From Ignavibacteriales bacterium (GTDB taxonomy: Bacteria; Bacteroidota; Ignavibacteria; UBA10030; UBA6906), in assembly GCA_037441705.1 (NCBI GenBank), contig JBBIRR010000013.1, forward strand, positions 1-64,000: 64,000 nucleotides of DNA, given 5' to 3'. The translations under genes were made by a program, and so were the position numbers. Below, in pieces: positions 7,985 to 17,889 of the stretch (positions within the stretch are counted from its first letter, which is position 1; each line of letters begins with the position of its first letter). The notes beneath the pieces were generated by a model, which saw nothing but the letters and a program-made list of their open reading frames with translations, was not told the DNA's origin and did no database searches.

Positions 7985-8103
7985 GCGGTGAGATGGCGGA
8001 CAGGCCATTGTTGGTTTGCAACACGGCCTTTTCTTATCTTTTGTTCAGCGAACTACATCTCGCCCCACACGGCGGGGAAACCGTTCATGTGCATGAGAGT
8101 CGT

Positions 8104-11100
8104 ATGGAAGTCAACGCCAGCCATTTGCAGGCATTTCTCGAGGAGTTCGGCCCGAACGCCGGACTTGTTGAGGAGTTGTTCGAGGAGTATTTGAGAAACC
8201 CGGCCGCGGTCAGCAAGTCGTGGCAGCAGTATTTTGCCGGCATCGTTCGCTCGGCGGGCGGAAACGGAAAAGGCGCCGAAGTGGCGAGTACTGCCCAACC
8301 ACCGATCCAGCAATCCATCGCCCCATCAATCCGATCAGCCGCGATCGAGTCGTCGGAGCAAGCCACCGCCATCCGCGGCGTCGCCGCGAGGATCGTCGAG
8401 AACATGGAGGCGAGTCTTTCTCTCCCGACGGCTACCTCGGTGCGAACGATTCCTGTGAAGGTGTTGGAGGAAAACCGGCGCCTGCTCAACCAGTACCTTT
8501 CGGTGCGGGGCGGGTTGAAGATTTCGTATACCCACATTATCGCCTGGGCGATTGTGAAGGCCCTCGGCGATCACCCGAACCTCAACGCTGCGTTTGCGCG
8601 CATCGGCGGGGTGCCGCATCGAACCGAACGTCCGCACGTGAACATCGGTCTTGCCGTCGATCTCACACGCAAGGATGGCACTCGTTCGCTTGTTGTACCG
8701 AACGTGAAGCGCGCCGAGCAGATGAACTTCGCGCAGTTTGTTGAAGGGTACGACTCCATCATCAAGAAGGCACGGGCAAACGCGCTTGATCCTTCCGACT
8801 TTCAGGGGACATCCATCACACTCACCAATCCCGGTACCGTGGGCACGGTTGCGTCCATCCCGCGCCTGATGCCCGGCCAGGGTGCCATCATTGCAACGGG
8901 GGCAATCAATCTGCCGGCGGAGAACCACGGCATGTCGCTGGAAACGCTCTCCGCGCTCGGCATCAGCAAGGTGATGACGATGACGTGTACGTACGATCAT
9001 CGTGTCATTCAGGGAGCCGAGTCGGGCGAGTTCCTTGCGCGGATTCACGCGCTGCTTCTGGGCGAGGACGGTTTCTACGACGCGCTCTTTGCCGATCTGG
9101 AGATTCCCTATGAGCCGGTGCGCTGGCAAACGGACAGGCATCCTCTCGTCGGTGCGGCGCAGATGGATGCGTACATCGAGAAGCAGGCACGGGTTCTGCA
9201 ACTCATCAACGCCTACCGCGTGCGGGGTCATCTGATTGCGCATCTCGATCCTCTCGTCAACAAGCCCGGGCATCATCCCGAGCTTGATCCCGCGTTCTAT
9301 GGATTGACGATCTGGGATCTGGATCGTGAGTTTATTACGGGTGGACTCGGCGGGAAGCCGCGCGCAACGCTGCGGGAGATTCTCGACATCCTGCGCGAAA
9401 CCTACTGCGGCACCATCGGCGTCGAGTACATGAACATTCAGGACACCGCGCAGAAGCAATGGTTGCAGGAACGAATGGAGCCTGTCCGCAACCAGCATCC
9501 GCTGAGCAGCGAACGGCGCAAGCAGATTCTCGGGAAGCTGACTGCTGCGGAGGCCTTCGAGCGATTCCTTCACACAAAATTCATCGGTCACAAGCGTTTC
9601 TCGCTCGAAGGCGGCGAAACGATGATGGCGATTCTCGATGTGTTGCTCGATGACGCGGCCGATGCCGGTGTGCGCGAGGTGGTGATCGGCATGGCACACC
9701 GCGGGCGCCTGAACGTTCTTGCCAACACCATCGGCAAGCCGCTGGCGAAGCTCTTCTCGGAGTTCGAGGGCTATGTTGACCCGAGCACGACACAGGGGTC
9801 GGGGGATGTGAAGTATCATCTCGGTGCACGCGGAGTGCATCGCAGTGCAAGCGGAAAGGAAGTGACCGTCTCAGTTGCACCGAACCCCAGTCACCTCGAA
9901 GCCGTCAACCCCGTCGTGGAGGGCATTGTTCGCGCGAAGCAGGATCGGTTGGGAGACGCGGAACACCGGCAGGTGGTTCCGGTGCTCATTCATGGCGATG
10001 CCGCCTTTGCCGGTCAGGGTATGGTTGCCGAGACGCTCAACCTCTCGCAGCTCCATGGCTATCGCACGGGAGGGACGATTCACCTTATCATCAACAACCA
10101 GATTGGATTCACGACGACGCCCGAAGACGCTCGCTCGACACCCTACTGCACCGACGTTGCCAAGATGGTGCAGGCGCCGATTTTTCATGTGAACGGCGAC
10201 GATTCCGATGCCTGCGTCCGCGTTGCCCGCCTGGCGTTCGAATACCGCCGCACGTTCAAGAAGGACGTCGTCATTGATATGTTCTGCTATCGTCGTCACG
10301 GCCACAATGAAGGTGATGAACCGAGTTACACGCAGCCGCTGTTGTACAAGACCATCAAGCAGCATCCTTCCGTGCGGCAGTTGTATGCCGGGCGGCTTGT
10401 GCGGGAGGGCATCATCGCGCAGAATGAGGCGGAGGCGATGAAGGACGACGCGCGCCTTCGGTACGAGCGCGCATTCGAGGCATCGCAGAAGCGAGAGTTG
10501 CATTTCAAGCCCGATGTGCCGCTTGCTGTGGAACCCGACAGGCTTGCGCGCATGCAACCAGCAGGGACGACGGCCGTTCCGCTCTCGCTGCTGCATGAAG
10601 TGACCCGCGCCCTTACGACGCTGCCGCCGGGGTTTTCCATCAACCCAAAACTTCAGCGCATCCTCGACGAGCGTGCTCTGCTGCTGGAGGGCGACACTCG
10701 GATTGACTGGGCATTTGCCGAGGCGCTTGCGTTTGGAACGCTCGTTGCTGAAGGCACGCCGGTCCGTCTCAGCGGTCAGGATAGCGGACGCGGAACGTTC
10801 AGTCAGCGGCATGCAATTTTGTATGATGCAACAAGCGGCGCAGAGTACGTGCCTTTGAATCATGTGCGTGATGGTCAGGCCCCATTTGCGGTTTATGATA
10901 GTCTGCTTTCGGAAGCCGCCGTGCTCGGCTTCGAGTTCGGCTACAGCGTTGCCGATCCGCTCGCGCTGGTGATGTGGGAGGCGCAGTTCGGCGACTTCGC
11001 CAACGGCGCGCAGGTTATTATTGACCAGTTTCTTGCCGGATCGGAAGCGAAGTGGCAGCAGCCGTGCGACCTTGTGCTGCTGCTTCCGCATGGCTACGAG

Positions 11101-11727
11101 GGGCAGGGGCCTGAACACTCCAGCGCGCGGCTGGAACGTTTCCTGCAACTCTGTGCCGAAGAGAACCTGCAGGTCGTTAACTGCACCACACCTGCGCAGT
11201 ACTTCCACGTGCTGCGCCGGCAGATGCGTGATGCACGCCGGAAGCCGCTTGTCGTTATGACGCCGAAGAGTCTGTTGCGCCATCCCAAGGTGGTGTCTTC
11301 ACAAGACGATTTTGTACGCGGACAGTTCAACGAAGTACTGGACGACGCGTCGGTAACCGACCCATCGGCCATCAAGCGTGTCGTGCTGTGCAGCGGGAAA
11401 GTGTATTACGACTTGCTTGCAGGCCGCACGATGCATCCCAATTCTGCTGCGGCGCTTGTGCGCCTCGAGCAATTCTATTCCTTCCCGTCAGAGTCTGTTC
11501 GAGCAGTGCTCCAGAAGTATGCAGGAGCGAAAGAGATAGTGTGGTGTCAGGAAGAGCCGAAGAATATGGGTGCGTGGACGTTTGTTCAACCGTATGTGAT
11601 GGAGTTGATGGGGGAAGGGCAAAGGCTCTCCTACGTTGGGCGTCCGGCAAGCGCGGCGACCGCAACGGGATCGCTCAGGGTCCACAACGCCGAGCAGGAG
11701 GCGTTGGTGAAGCAAGCGCTGGCGTGA
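8104..11727 (+). CDS. kgd: Multifunctional 2-oxoglutarate decarboxylase/dehydrogenase (E2o catalytic domain fused to E1o; Kgd/OdhA type)
   Basis: N-terminal FGPNAGLVEELFEEY. Acyltransferase motif TYDHRVIQGAESG. E1 motifs GMAHRGRLN, HGDAAFAGQG, WEAQFGDF and PHGYEGQGPEHSS. Start 8104 preferred over 7993. Confidence 0.95.
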   Translation: MEVNASHLQAFLEEFGPNAGLVEELFEEYLRNPAAVSKSWQQYFAGIVRSAGGNGKGAEVASTAQPPIQQSIAPSIRSAAIESSEQATAIRGVAARIVENMEASLSLPTATSVRTIPVKVLEENRRLLNQYLSVRGGLKISYTHIIAWAIVKALGDHPNLNAAFARIGGVPHRTERPHVNIGLAVDLTRKDGTRSLVVPNVKRAEQMNFAQFVEGYDSIIKKARANALDPSDFQGTSITLTNPGTVGTVASIPRLMPGQGAIIATGAINLPAENHGMSLETLSALGISKVMTMTCTYDHRVIQGAESGEFLARIHALLLGEDGFYDALFADLEIPYEPVRWQTDRHPLVGAAQMDAYIEKQARVLQLINAYRVRGHLIAHLDPLVNKPGHHPELDPAFYGLTIWDLDREFITGGLGGKPRATLREILDILRETYCGTIGVEYMNIQDTAQKQWLQERMEPVRNQHPLSSERRKQILGKLTAAEAFERFLHTKFIGHKRFSLEGGETMMAILDVLLDDAADAGVREVVIGMAHRGRLNVLANTIGKPLAKLFSEFEGYVDPSTTQGSGDVKYHLGARGVHRSASGKEVTVSVAPNPSHLEAVNPVVEGIVRAKQDRLGDAEHRQVVPVLIHGDAAFAGQGMVAETLNLSQLHGYRTGGTIHLIINNQIGFTTTPEDARSTPYCTDVAKMVQAPIFHVNGDDSDACVRVARLAFEYRRTFKKDVVIDMFCYRRHGHNEGDEPSYTQPLLYKTIKQHPSVRQLYAGRLVREGIIAQNEAEAMKDDARLRYERAFEASQKRELHFKPDVPLAVEPDRLARMQPAGTTAVPLSLLHEVTRALTTLPPGFSINPKLQRILDERALLLEGDTRIDWAFAEALAFGTLVAEGTPVRLSGQDSGRGTFSQRHAILYDATSGAEYVPLNHVRDGQAPFAVYDSLLSEAAVLGFEFGYSVADPLALVMWEAQFGDFANGAQVIIDQFLAGSEAKWQQPCDLVLLLPHGYEGQGPEHSSARLERFLQLCAEENLQVVNCTTPAQYFHVLRRQMRDARRKPLVVMTPKSLLRHPKVVSSQDDFVRGQFNEVLDDASVTDPSAIKRVVLCSGKVYYDLLAGRTMHPNSAAALVRLEQFYSFPSESVRAVLQKYAGAKEIVWCQEEPKNMGAWTFVQPYVMELMGEGQRLSYVGRPASAATATGSLRVHNAEQEALVKQALA

Positions 11728-11748
11728 TCGTTCTTCCGGACTAGCCTC

Positions 11749-12078
11749 CTAATTCCATGTAATTTTCTTTCCCGTTTTCAGAATCTCCTCCACAAAGGGA
11801 TTGTCGGGCGTGAAGTCTTCGGTCTTGAAGGGGTGAACCTCCACATCAATGTAATGTCGTACGAAGTCGTTTACTATTGCCCTGGTAACAAGCTGTCTGT
11901 CATAAAAGCGGATTCCACGGAAGTCATCGGAGACAATGGCCACATCAATATCGCTGTACTCGCGCGGTCTGCCCGTAGCGTAGGAACCGAAAAGAAACGC
12001 CTCGCGAATGGAAAAATAAGCGGACAAGGTTCTTAGGAGTCTTTGCAGTATCAGCTCTACATCTTCTGCAGAATACAT
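11749..12078 (-). CDS. Minimal nucleotidyltransferase (MNT) antitoxin
   Basis: FLFGSYATG...SDIDVAIV motif, 109 aa. Overlaps the HEPN gene. Confidence 0.88.
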   Translation of the reverse strand: MYSAEDVELILQRLLRTLSAYFSIREAFLFGSYATGRPREYSDIDVAIVSDDFRGIRFYDRQLVTRAIVNDFVRHYIDVEVHPFKTEDFTPDNPFVEEILKTGKKITWN

Positions 12079-12449
12079 TGGTAATACTCCCTCAATTGAT
12101 CAAGTTGCTCTCTGCTGAATTCCTTTGTGCACAGTTCGTAGAATGCCAACTTCTGGTCAGGGTAGCGTCCCTCTATATTGAAGCCTGTCACCCGATCAAG
12201 GTATTCAACTTCCTCGGGGCTCAACGTAAGTCCCGCACCATGTGCGAGCTTTACAAGGTTATGCGTCCTTGGAGGAATGTTCTCGTGATTGTTCTTGACC
12301 CAGAGAGCCTTCAGAACTTTTTCCAAAGCGAGGTGACCTATGAATAGCGCCCAGTCGTACCTCCCAGCTTTGAAGATATCCTCCGCAGATTCTAAGTCAT
12401 GCTGCGCGATAGTAAGCCAGTAGCGGATATGATCGTCTTTCGTCATCAT
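12057..12449 (-). CDS. HEPN domain protein (putative toxin)
   Basis: A..DLESA, HLALEKVLKAL, PPRTHNL and RYP motifs typical of MNT-associated HEPN proteins. Confidence 0.88.
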   Translation of the reverse strand: MMTKDDHIRYWLTIAQHDLESAEDIFKAGRYDWALFIGHLALEKVLKALWVKNNHENIPPRTHNLVKLAHGAGLTLSPEEVEYLDRVTGFNIEGRYPDQKLAFYELCTKEFSREQLDQLREYYQCILQKM

Positions 12450-12588
12450 ACAAGAGGGCGCATGCAGTCGGCGGCGCGTACAAATATAGCTTCTCCTCCA
12501 GTCGTATGCAACATGCGGATAGATTTCCGTTCGGGCTTTTCATATTTTGAACTGTGTTGCCCATTCTTTTATCTGATGAGATGCCCAC

Positions 12589-13020
12589 ATGCCGAAGCAC
12601 CCTCGCCCATTCGAAACACACGTGACATTTCAGGTAAAGTCGTACGACGTGGACTACGTCGGCTACGTGCACAACACGGTGTACATTCGCTGGCTGGAGG
12701 ATATGCGTCTTGCGATGCTGGCGCCCTACTATTCGCTTGAGCGGTTTGTGAAGGAGGGAACATCTCCGATCATCTTGCGGACGACCATCGAATACAAGAA
12801 GCCGCTGCGTTTGTTCGATACGTTCACCGGTACGGTATGGGTCAGTCATTTGGAGGGTGTGCGTTGGACCGTGAGCCACGAACTTGTGCATGATGGGGTG
12901 ATTGCAGCGACGGCGGAACAGTCTGGTGTTTTCATCAATCTTGCCACGCGCCGACCCGTTGCTACGCCAAAGGAGCTGATGGAAAAATACCAGACCTGGC
13001 TTGCTGAGAATGCGAGATGA
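12589..13020 (+). CDS. Acyl-CoA thioesterase (YbgC/FadM hot-dog family)
   Basis: YDVDYVGYVHNTVYIRWLE motif and IEYKKPL. Confidence 0.88.
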   Translation: MPKHPRPFETHVTFQVKSYDVDYVGYVHNTVYIRWLEDMRLAMLAPYYSLERFVKEGTSPIILRTTIEYKKPLRLFDTFTGTVWVSHLEGVRWTVSHELVHDGVIAATAEQSGVFINLATRRPVATPKELMEKYQTWLAENAR

Positions 13021-13023
13021 GGA

Positions 13024-15030
13024 ATGAACGCACTGGTCGAAACCGTTGATGGGATTTTTTCCGAATCCGGCGCGCTCTCACGATTGCCGCAGTTTGAGTA
13101 TCGTCCTCAACAGCGTCGGATGGCTGTTGCCGTTGCCGAAGCATTGAGCGCCCGTTCCCATCTCATCGTCGAAGCTCCGACGGGTGTGGGCAAGTCGCTT
13201 GCGTATCTTATCCCCACCATCCTGTATGCGCGCAGCCAGAAACGCAAGGCGATTGTTTCCACGCATACGAAAAATCTTCAGGAACAACTTTTTCGGAAGG
13301 ACATCGCCATTGCCCGCGATGTGTTGGGGGCAAAGGAAGTGCACGCCGTGGTGCTGAAAGGCCGAAGGAATTATTTGTGCACCACGCGCCTGAAGCGCGC
13401 ACTCAGTTCCTCCGTCTCGCTCTTCAACACCGACGAGCAGCGGGAACTGCAGCGCATCCAGGACTGGTCCCAGCAGACGGCCGACGGTGACGTGGAGAAT
13501 CTTGGCTTCACTCCGAGTCCGGGTGTGTGGGACATGGTATGCTCCGAGAAGGGCGCGTGCAGTTCGTCGCTGTGTGATGCGCGTTGTTTCTTCCAGCAGG
13601 CGAAAGAGCGCGTGCGTACCGCGAACGTTGTTATCATGAACCACGCACTGTTCTTCACGCTGATGGCGCTGCAAGAGTCGGATGAGGGGTTCATCTTCAA
13701 AGACGACTTCGTCATCTTCGACGAAGCCCATACGCTCGAGTCCGTTGCCGGGATCGGCATCGGCAAGAACATCTCGCGCCATCAAGTCCTTTCCGCGATC
13801 CATCGCTTCTACAACCCCCGGTCAGAGAAGGGTCTCTTCGCCCGTCAGAAGAAAGCGGTGCGGCAGGTGTGCGAAGAGGCGGAGGACGCCGCCGTCCATT
13901 TCTTTGAAGACATTCGCGCAGCCGCGCTCGCGCAGCAAGCTCAGGCGAGGGAAGTGCGCGTGCGACGGCCCTTCATCGTTGACGACACGTTGAGTGCGCC
14001 GTTGATACGTCTGGAGAAGGAAGCGGAGAAGGCGCAAGCCTCGGCAAAACGGGATGCTGAGCGCGTGGAGTTAAGCGCGGCATCTCGAAACCTGTGGGAA
14101 GCGCGGGCTCTGGTCGGAGAGTTTCTCGAGCAACCGCAGAGCGATTTCACCTACTGGATCGAACTCAGCTCGGGGCGAAGTGGCAACATCACCTTGTGTG
14201 CATCACCATCGAACATCGCCGACGCGCTGGGTCCGAGAATCTTTCGGGATGACACCTCCGTTATCATGACCAGCGCGACGCTCGCTGTGAACAATTCGCT
14301 GGACTACTTTCAGCGGCGCATTGGCGGTGTGGGTGTTGAGGGGCTGATTCTCGACTCGCCGTTCGACTACCGGTCACAAATGCGTGTGTATATCGCACGC
14401 GATATTCCCGAGCCGGACACGAGAGAGTTTGTCGACGCGCTTCCGGCGTGGATCATGAGAAGCGTCGATCGTTCGAAGGGGAAAGCGCTCGTGTTGTTTA
14501 CCAGCGCGGCGCTCATGCGCGATGTGGCGCAGCGTCTGGACGAGGAGTTTGCCGCGCGCGGGCTGCGGTTGCTCGTGCAGGGTGTCGACCAGCAGCGACA
14601 TGAACTGCTGCAGGAATTCAAACGCGACGTGCACTCCGTCTTGTTCGGGCTTGATAGTTTCTGGCAGGGGGTGGACGTGCCGGGCGAAGCCCTGGAACAT
14701 GTGATTATCACGCGCCTTCCGTTTTCCTTTCCCAATCATCCTCTGATTGAAGCGAAGTTAGAAGTGATCGCCCAGCGCGGCGGCAACGCGTTTACGGAGT
14801 ACACGCTGCCGGAAGCTGTGCTCAAATTCCGTCAGGGCGTGGGGCGACTGCTCCGCTCCAGGTCCGACCGCGGGATGGTCACGATTCTTGACGCTCGCAT
14901 CGTCAAAAAACAGTATGGAAGGGTATTTTTGTCGTCCATTCCGCCCTGCAGCATCGAGCTCCTCGCACCATCCGGCGAAACGGCGATGATTGCTACGGAG
15001 GGCTGGCCGGCAGATGGCGATCCTATTTGA
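13024..15030 (+). CDS. dinG: DinG/YoaA-family ATP-dependent DNA helicase
   Basis: Q motif RPQQ, EAPTGVGKS, KGRRNYLC with Fe-S cysteines, DEAH, FWQGVDVPG and QGVGRLLR. Confidence 0.92.
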   Translation: MNALVETVDGIFSESGALSRLPQFEYRPQQRRMAVAVAEALSARSHLIVEAPTGVGKSLAYLIPTILYARSQKRKAIVSTHTKNLQEQLFRKDIAIARDVLGAKEVHAVVLKGRRNYLCTTRLKRALSSSVSLFNTDEQRELQRIQDWSQQTADGDVENLGFTPSPGVWDMVCSEKGACSSSLCDARCFFQQAKERVRTANVVIMNHALFFTLMALQESDEGFIFKDDFVIFDEAHTLESVAGIGIGKNISRHQVLSAIHRFYNPRSEKGLFARQKKAVRQVCEEAEDAAVHFFEDIRAAALAQQAQAREVRVRRPFIVDDTLSAPLIRLEKEAEKAQASAKRDAERVELSAASRNLWEARALVGEFLEQPQSDFTYWIELSSGRSGNITLCASPSNIADALGPRIFRDDTSVIMTSATLAVNNSLDYFQRRIGGVGVEGLILDSPFDYRSQMRVYIARDIPEPDTREFVDALPAWIMRSVDRSKGKALVLFTSAALMRDVAQRLDEEFAARGLRLLVQGVDQQRHELLQEFKRDVHSVLFGLDSFWQGVDVPGEALEHVIITRLPFSFPNHPLIEAKLEVIAQRGGNAFTEYTLPEAVLKFRQGVGRLLRSRSDRGMVTILDARIVKKQYGRVFLSSIPPCSIELLAPSGETAMIATEGWPADGDPI

Positions 15031-15125
15031 TTCTTCTCAGGAAATGGCTATCTTTTGACCGTTTTGAGACGATAACGATACACGGGCGTCATCAAATATC
15101 ACCACCACAAACATCAAGGAGATCT

Positions 15126-15413
15126 ATGGCAAAAGGAATGTCCAAGTCGGCAATCCTCGCTCACTTTGCGCAGAAGTTCAACATGAAGCGCAAGGACGTT
15201 GCCGCATTTTTCGACGAGCTTGCCCAACTCGCCTACAAAGAGGCAAAGAATCAGTTCACGATTCCCGGCATCGGCAAGCTGGTGATGGTTGAACGCGCGG
15301 CCCGCATGGGACGCAACCCTGCGACGGGCGAGCAAATCCAAATCCCCGCAAAGACTGTTGTAAAATTCCGCGTCGCCAAGGCGGCAAAGGACGCCATCCT
15401 CGCACAAAAGTAA
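15126..15413 (+). CDS. hup: HU family DNA-binding protein
   Basis: SD AAGGAG upstream of ATG 15126. IPGIGKL...RMGRNPATGEQIQIPAK motif. Confidence 0.93.
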   Translation: MAKGMSKSAILAHFAQKFNMKRKDVAAFFDELAQLAYKEAKNQFTIPGIGKLVMVERAARMGRNPATGEQIQIPAKTVVKFRVAKAAKDAILAQK

Positions 15414-15444
15414 CCTGCGCGCAGAACTGCTGGACGCGTACAGG

Positions 15445-15480
15445 AAGTCCCATCGCAGGCCGGTGGGACTTTTTTCTTTT
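15445..15480 (+). terminator. Rho-independent terminator after hup
   Basis: AAGTCCCA...TGGGACTT stem followed by a T-rich tract. Confidence 0.75.
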
Positions 15481-15563
15481 GTGAGGATGAGCGGACGTAG
15501 CTGCAATTGGAAGTTTCGTTGATTTTCAGAAGCAAGACGAGTATATTCAACGGTTGATCGTGA

Positions 15564-16259
15564 ATGATTCGCGAGAATGTCGATACCATCCGCAGTCGGA
15601 TTGCGGCTGCCTGCGCCCGGTGCGGACGAGATCCGCACGAGGTTACACTCGTTGCCGTCTCGAAGACATTTCCCGCCGAGGCCATAGCGGATGCGTACGA
15701 GGCAGGAGTCTCCGACATCGGCGAGAATTACGTGCAGGAGCTTCTCGCGAAGCGCGAGCGCTTGAGCGGGCGCTCCATCCGGTGGCATTTCATCGGGCAC
15801 CTGCAGTCCAACAAGGTCAAATACCTCGTGCCATGGATTCATCTCATTCATGCGGTGGACGATGTTGGGCTGGCGCGGGAGATTGACAGACGGGCGGGAC
15901 ACGCCGGCACGCGGGTCAACGTTCTCGTCGAAGTGAACACGACCGGTGAGCAGAGCAAGTTCGGCGTCGGGCCTTCTGCCGCCGTGGAGTTCGTCAGGAG
16001 CCTCGCGGAATTCCGGCACCTGTCGATCGCAGGTCTCATGACGATCGGCCCGTTTTTGCCGGACCCGGAAGCCTCGCGTCCGATGTTCCGCATGCTGCGC
16101 TTGCTCAGCAAGGAGCTTGCGGCGCTCGGACAGGAGAACGTACAGATGCAACACCTTTCAATGGGCATGACGGGAGATTTTGAGGTGGCGATCGAAGAAG
16201 GGGCGACACTTATCCGCATCGGCACTGCCATTTTCGGCAAGCGCACAACAAAGGGATAA
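15564..16259 (+). CDS. yggS: Pyridoxal phosphate homeostasis protein YggS
   Basis: LVAVSKT, GENYVQE, WHFIGHLQSNK, LSMGMTGD and RIGTAIFG. Confidence 0.95.
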   Translation: MIRENVDTIRSRIAAACARCGRDPHEVTLVAVSKTFPAEAIADAYEAGVSDIGENYVQELLAKRERLSGRSIRWHFIGHLQSNKVKYLVPWIHLIHAVDDVGLAREIDRRAGHAGTRVNVLVEVNTTGEQSKFGVGPSAAVEFVRSLAEFRHLSIAGLMTIGPFLPDPEASRPMFRMLRLLSKELAALGQENVQMQHLSMGMTGDFEVAIEEGATLIRIGTAIFGKRTTKG

Positions 16260-16284
16260 CTCACACACAGAGAGGAGAACCGCA

Positions 16285-16842
16285 ATGAAACTGACGCCGC
16301 TGGATATTCGGAAGCAGGAATTCAAGAAAGTCCTGCGAGGCTACGACCCCGTCGAGGTGGAAACCTTCGTCGAAATGATGGCAAACGAGGTGGAGAATCT
16401 CCTGAAGGAACTGAACGACTGCCGCACAAAGGTGACCGAGCTGGAGACGCAACTCAAAGACTATAAAATGATGGAGAAGACGCTCCAGCAAACGTTGATG
16501 CAGGCGCAGGAAACCACCGGCAAGACGTACGAAGCGGCGCGCCGTGATGCCGAATCCATCATCAAAGACGCGGAAATCAAAGCTGCGCAGATCATCAACA
16601 CCGCGAATGTCGAGCTCGGAAAGTTGAACAATGAAATCGGTCAGCTTCGCTCACGCCGCGATTCTCTCATCGGACGCTTGCGCGTGCTGCTCAGCTCCGA
16701 ACTGGAACTGATCAAGGCACTGGAACTGGGCAGCGACCCCATTCTTGCCAGCGACACGTCGCACGGCACGGGCAAAGCTGACCTCGATCTGGACAACATC
16801 CTCAAGGCAATGGAAAATGTCGGAACTCAGGAGCCACATTGA
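16285..16842 (+). CDS. DivIVA domain protein
   Basis: [33 protein letters not shown] followed by a coiled coil. Confidence 0.92.
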   Translation: MKLTPLDIRKQEFKKVLRGYDPVEVETFVEMMANEVENLLKELNDCRTKVTELETQLKDYKMMEKTLQQTLMQAQETTGKTYEAARRDAESIIKDAEIKAAQIINTANVELGKLNNEIGQLRSRRDSLIGRLRVLLSSELELIKALELGSDPILASDTSHGTGKADLDLDNILKAMENVGTQEPH

Positions 16843-17638
16843 AGAGTCCGTCCGCTTCCTACGTACGAAGACGGCGCTGCAGCCGACAATCGGGATTATT
16901 CTGGGGACGGGCCTCGGCGGACTTGCCAAAGAAATCGCACAGGAAATCGTCATCCCCTACGAACAGATTCCTCACTTCCCAGTTTCAACCGTCGAGTCGC
17001 ATCATGGACGATTGATCTTCGGAACGCTGGGCGGAAAGATCGTCGTTGCGATGCAGGGACGCTTTCATTATTACGAAGGCTACACCATGCAACAGGTCAC
17101 CTTCCCGGTTCGCGTGATGAAGTTCCTCGGTGTTGATACGTTGCTCATCTCGAACGCCGCCGGCGGCATGAACCCGCAGTTCCGTAAGGGAAGCATCATG
17201 ATCATCACCGATCACATCAACCTCCAGGGTGATAATCCGCTGATCGGGCCTAACGACGATTCGCTCGGCCCGCGCTTCCCGGATATGTCCGAGCCGTACA
17301 GCAAAGCGCTCATTGCGCTTGCCGAAGAGGTTGCCCTTGATTTGAAGATCAGAGTCGAGCGCGGCGTGTTTGTGGCCGTTGCCGGACCGAACCTGGAAAC
17401 GCGCGCCGAGTATCGGTTTTTGCGCTGGATTGGCGCGGACGCCGTCGGCATGTCCACGGTCCCCGAAACCATCGTCGCGAACCACATGAACATGCGTGTG
17501 CTTGGCTTTTCCATCATCACCGACGAGTGTTTCCCCGACGCGCTGCAACCGGCGAACGTCGAGGAGATCATCGCCGTTGCGAGTGCGACCGAACCGAAAC
17601 TGACGGCAATCATGAAGCGAGTTGTGGAACGATTGTAA
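16817..17638 (+). CDS. punA: Purine-nucleoside phosphorylase (trimeric type)
   Basis: [33 protein letters not shown] and GADAVGMST. Confidence 0.93.
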   Translation: MSELRSHIEESVRFLRTKTALQPTIGIILGTGLGGLAKEIAQEIVIPYEQIPHFPVSTVESHHGRLIFGTLGGKIVVAMQGRFHYYEGYTMQQVTFPVRVMKFLGVDTLLISNAAGGMNPQFRKGSIMIITDHINLQGDNPLIGPNDDSLGPRFPDMSEPYSKALIALAEEVALDLKIRVERGVFVAVAGPNLETRAEYRFLRWIGADAVGMSTVPETIVANHMNMRVLGFSIITDECFPDALQPANVEEIIAVASATEPKLTAIMKRVVERL

Positions 17639-17656
17639 CCTCAGGAGGGTGACGAG

Positions 17657-17884
17657 ATGGAGATCCATTCCATCGGAAGAGTTTTGTTGATGGTGGGTGT
17701 GGCGCTTGCGTGCATCGGCGGGGTGTTGATGATCGCGGACAAAATCCCCTTCCTCGGCAGGCTTCCCGGCGATATCCGCATCGAACGCGAGAATTTCCGG
17801 TTCTATTTTCCGCTGACGACGAGCATTCTCATCAGTCTGGTGGTGAGTTTCATTCTCTGGCTGATTTCTCATTTGCGAAAGTGA
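17657..17884 (+). CDS. DUF2905 small membrane protein
   Basis: LGRLPGDIRIER...FYFPLTTSILIS signature. SD AGGAGG. Confidence 0.85.
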   Translation: MEIHSIGRVLLMVGVALACIGGVLMIADKIPFLGRLPGDIRIERENFRFYFPLTTSILISLVVSFILWLISHLRK

Positions 17885-17889
17885 ATCGT

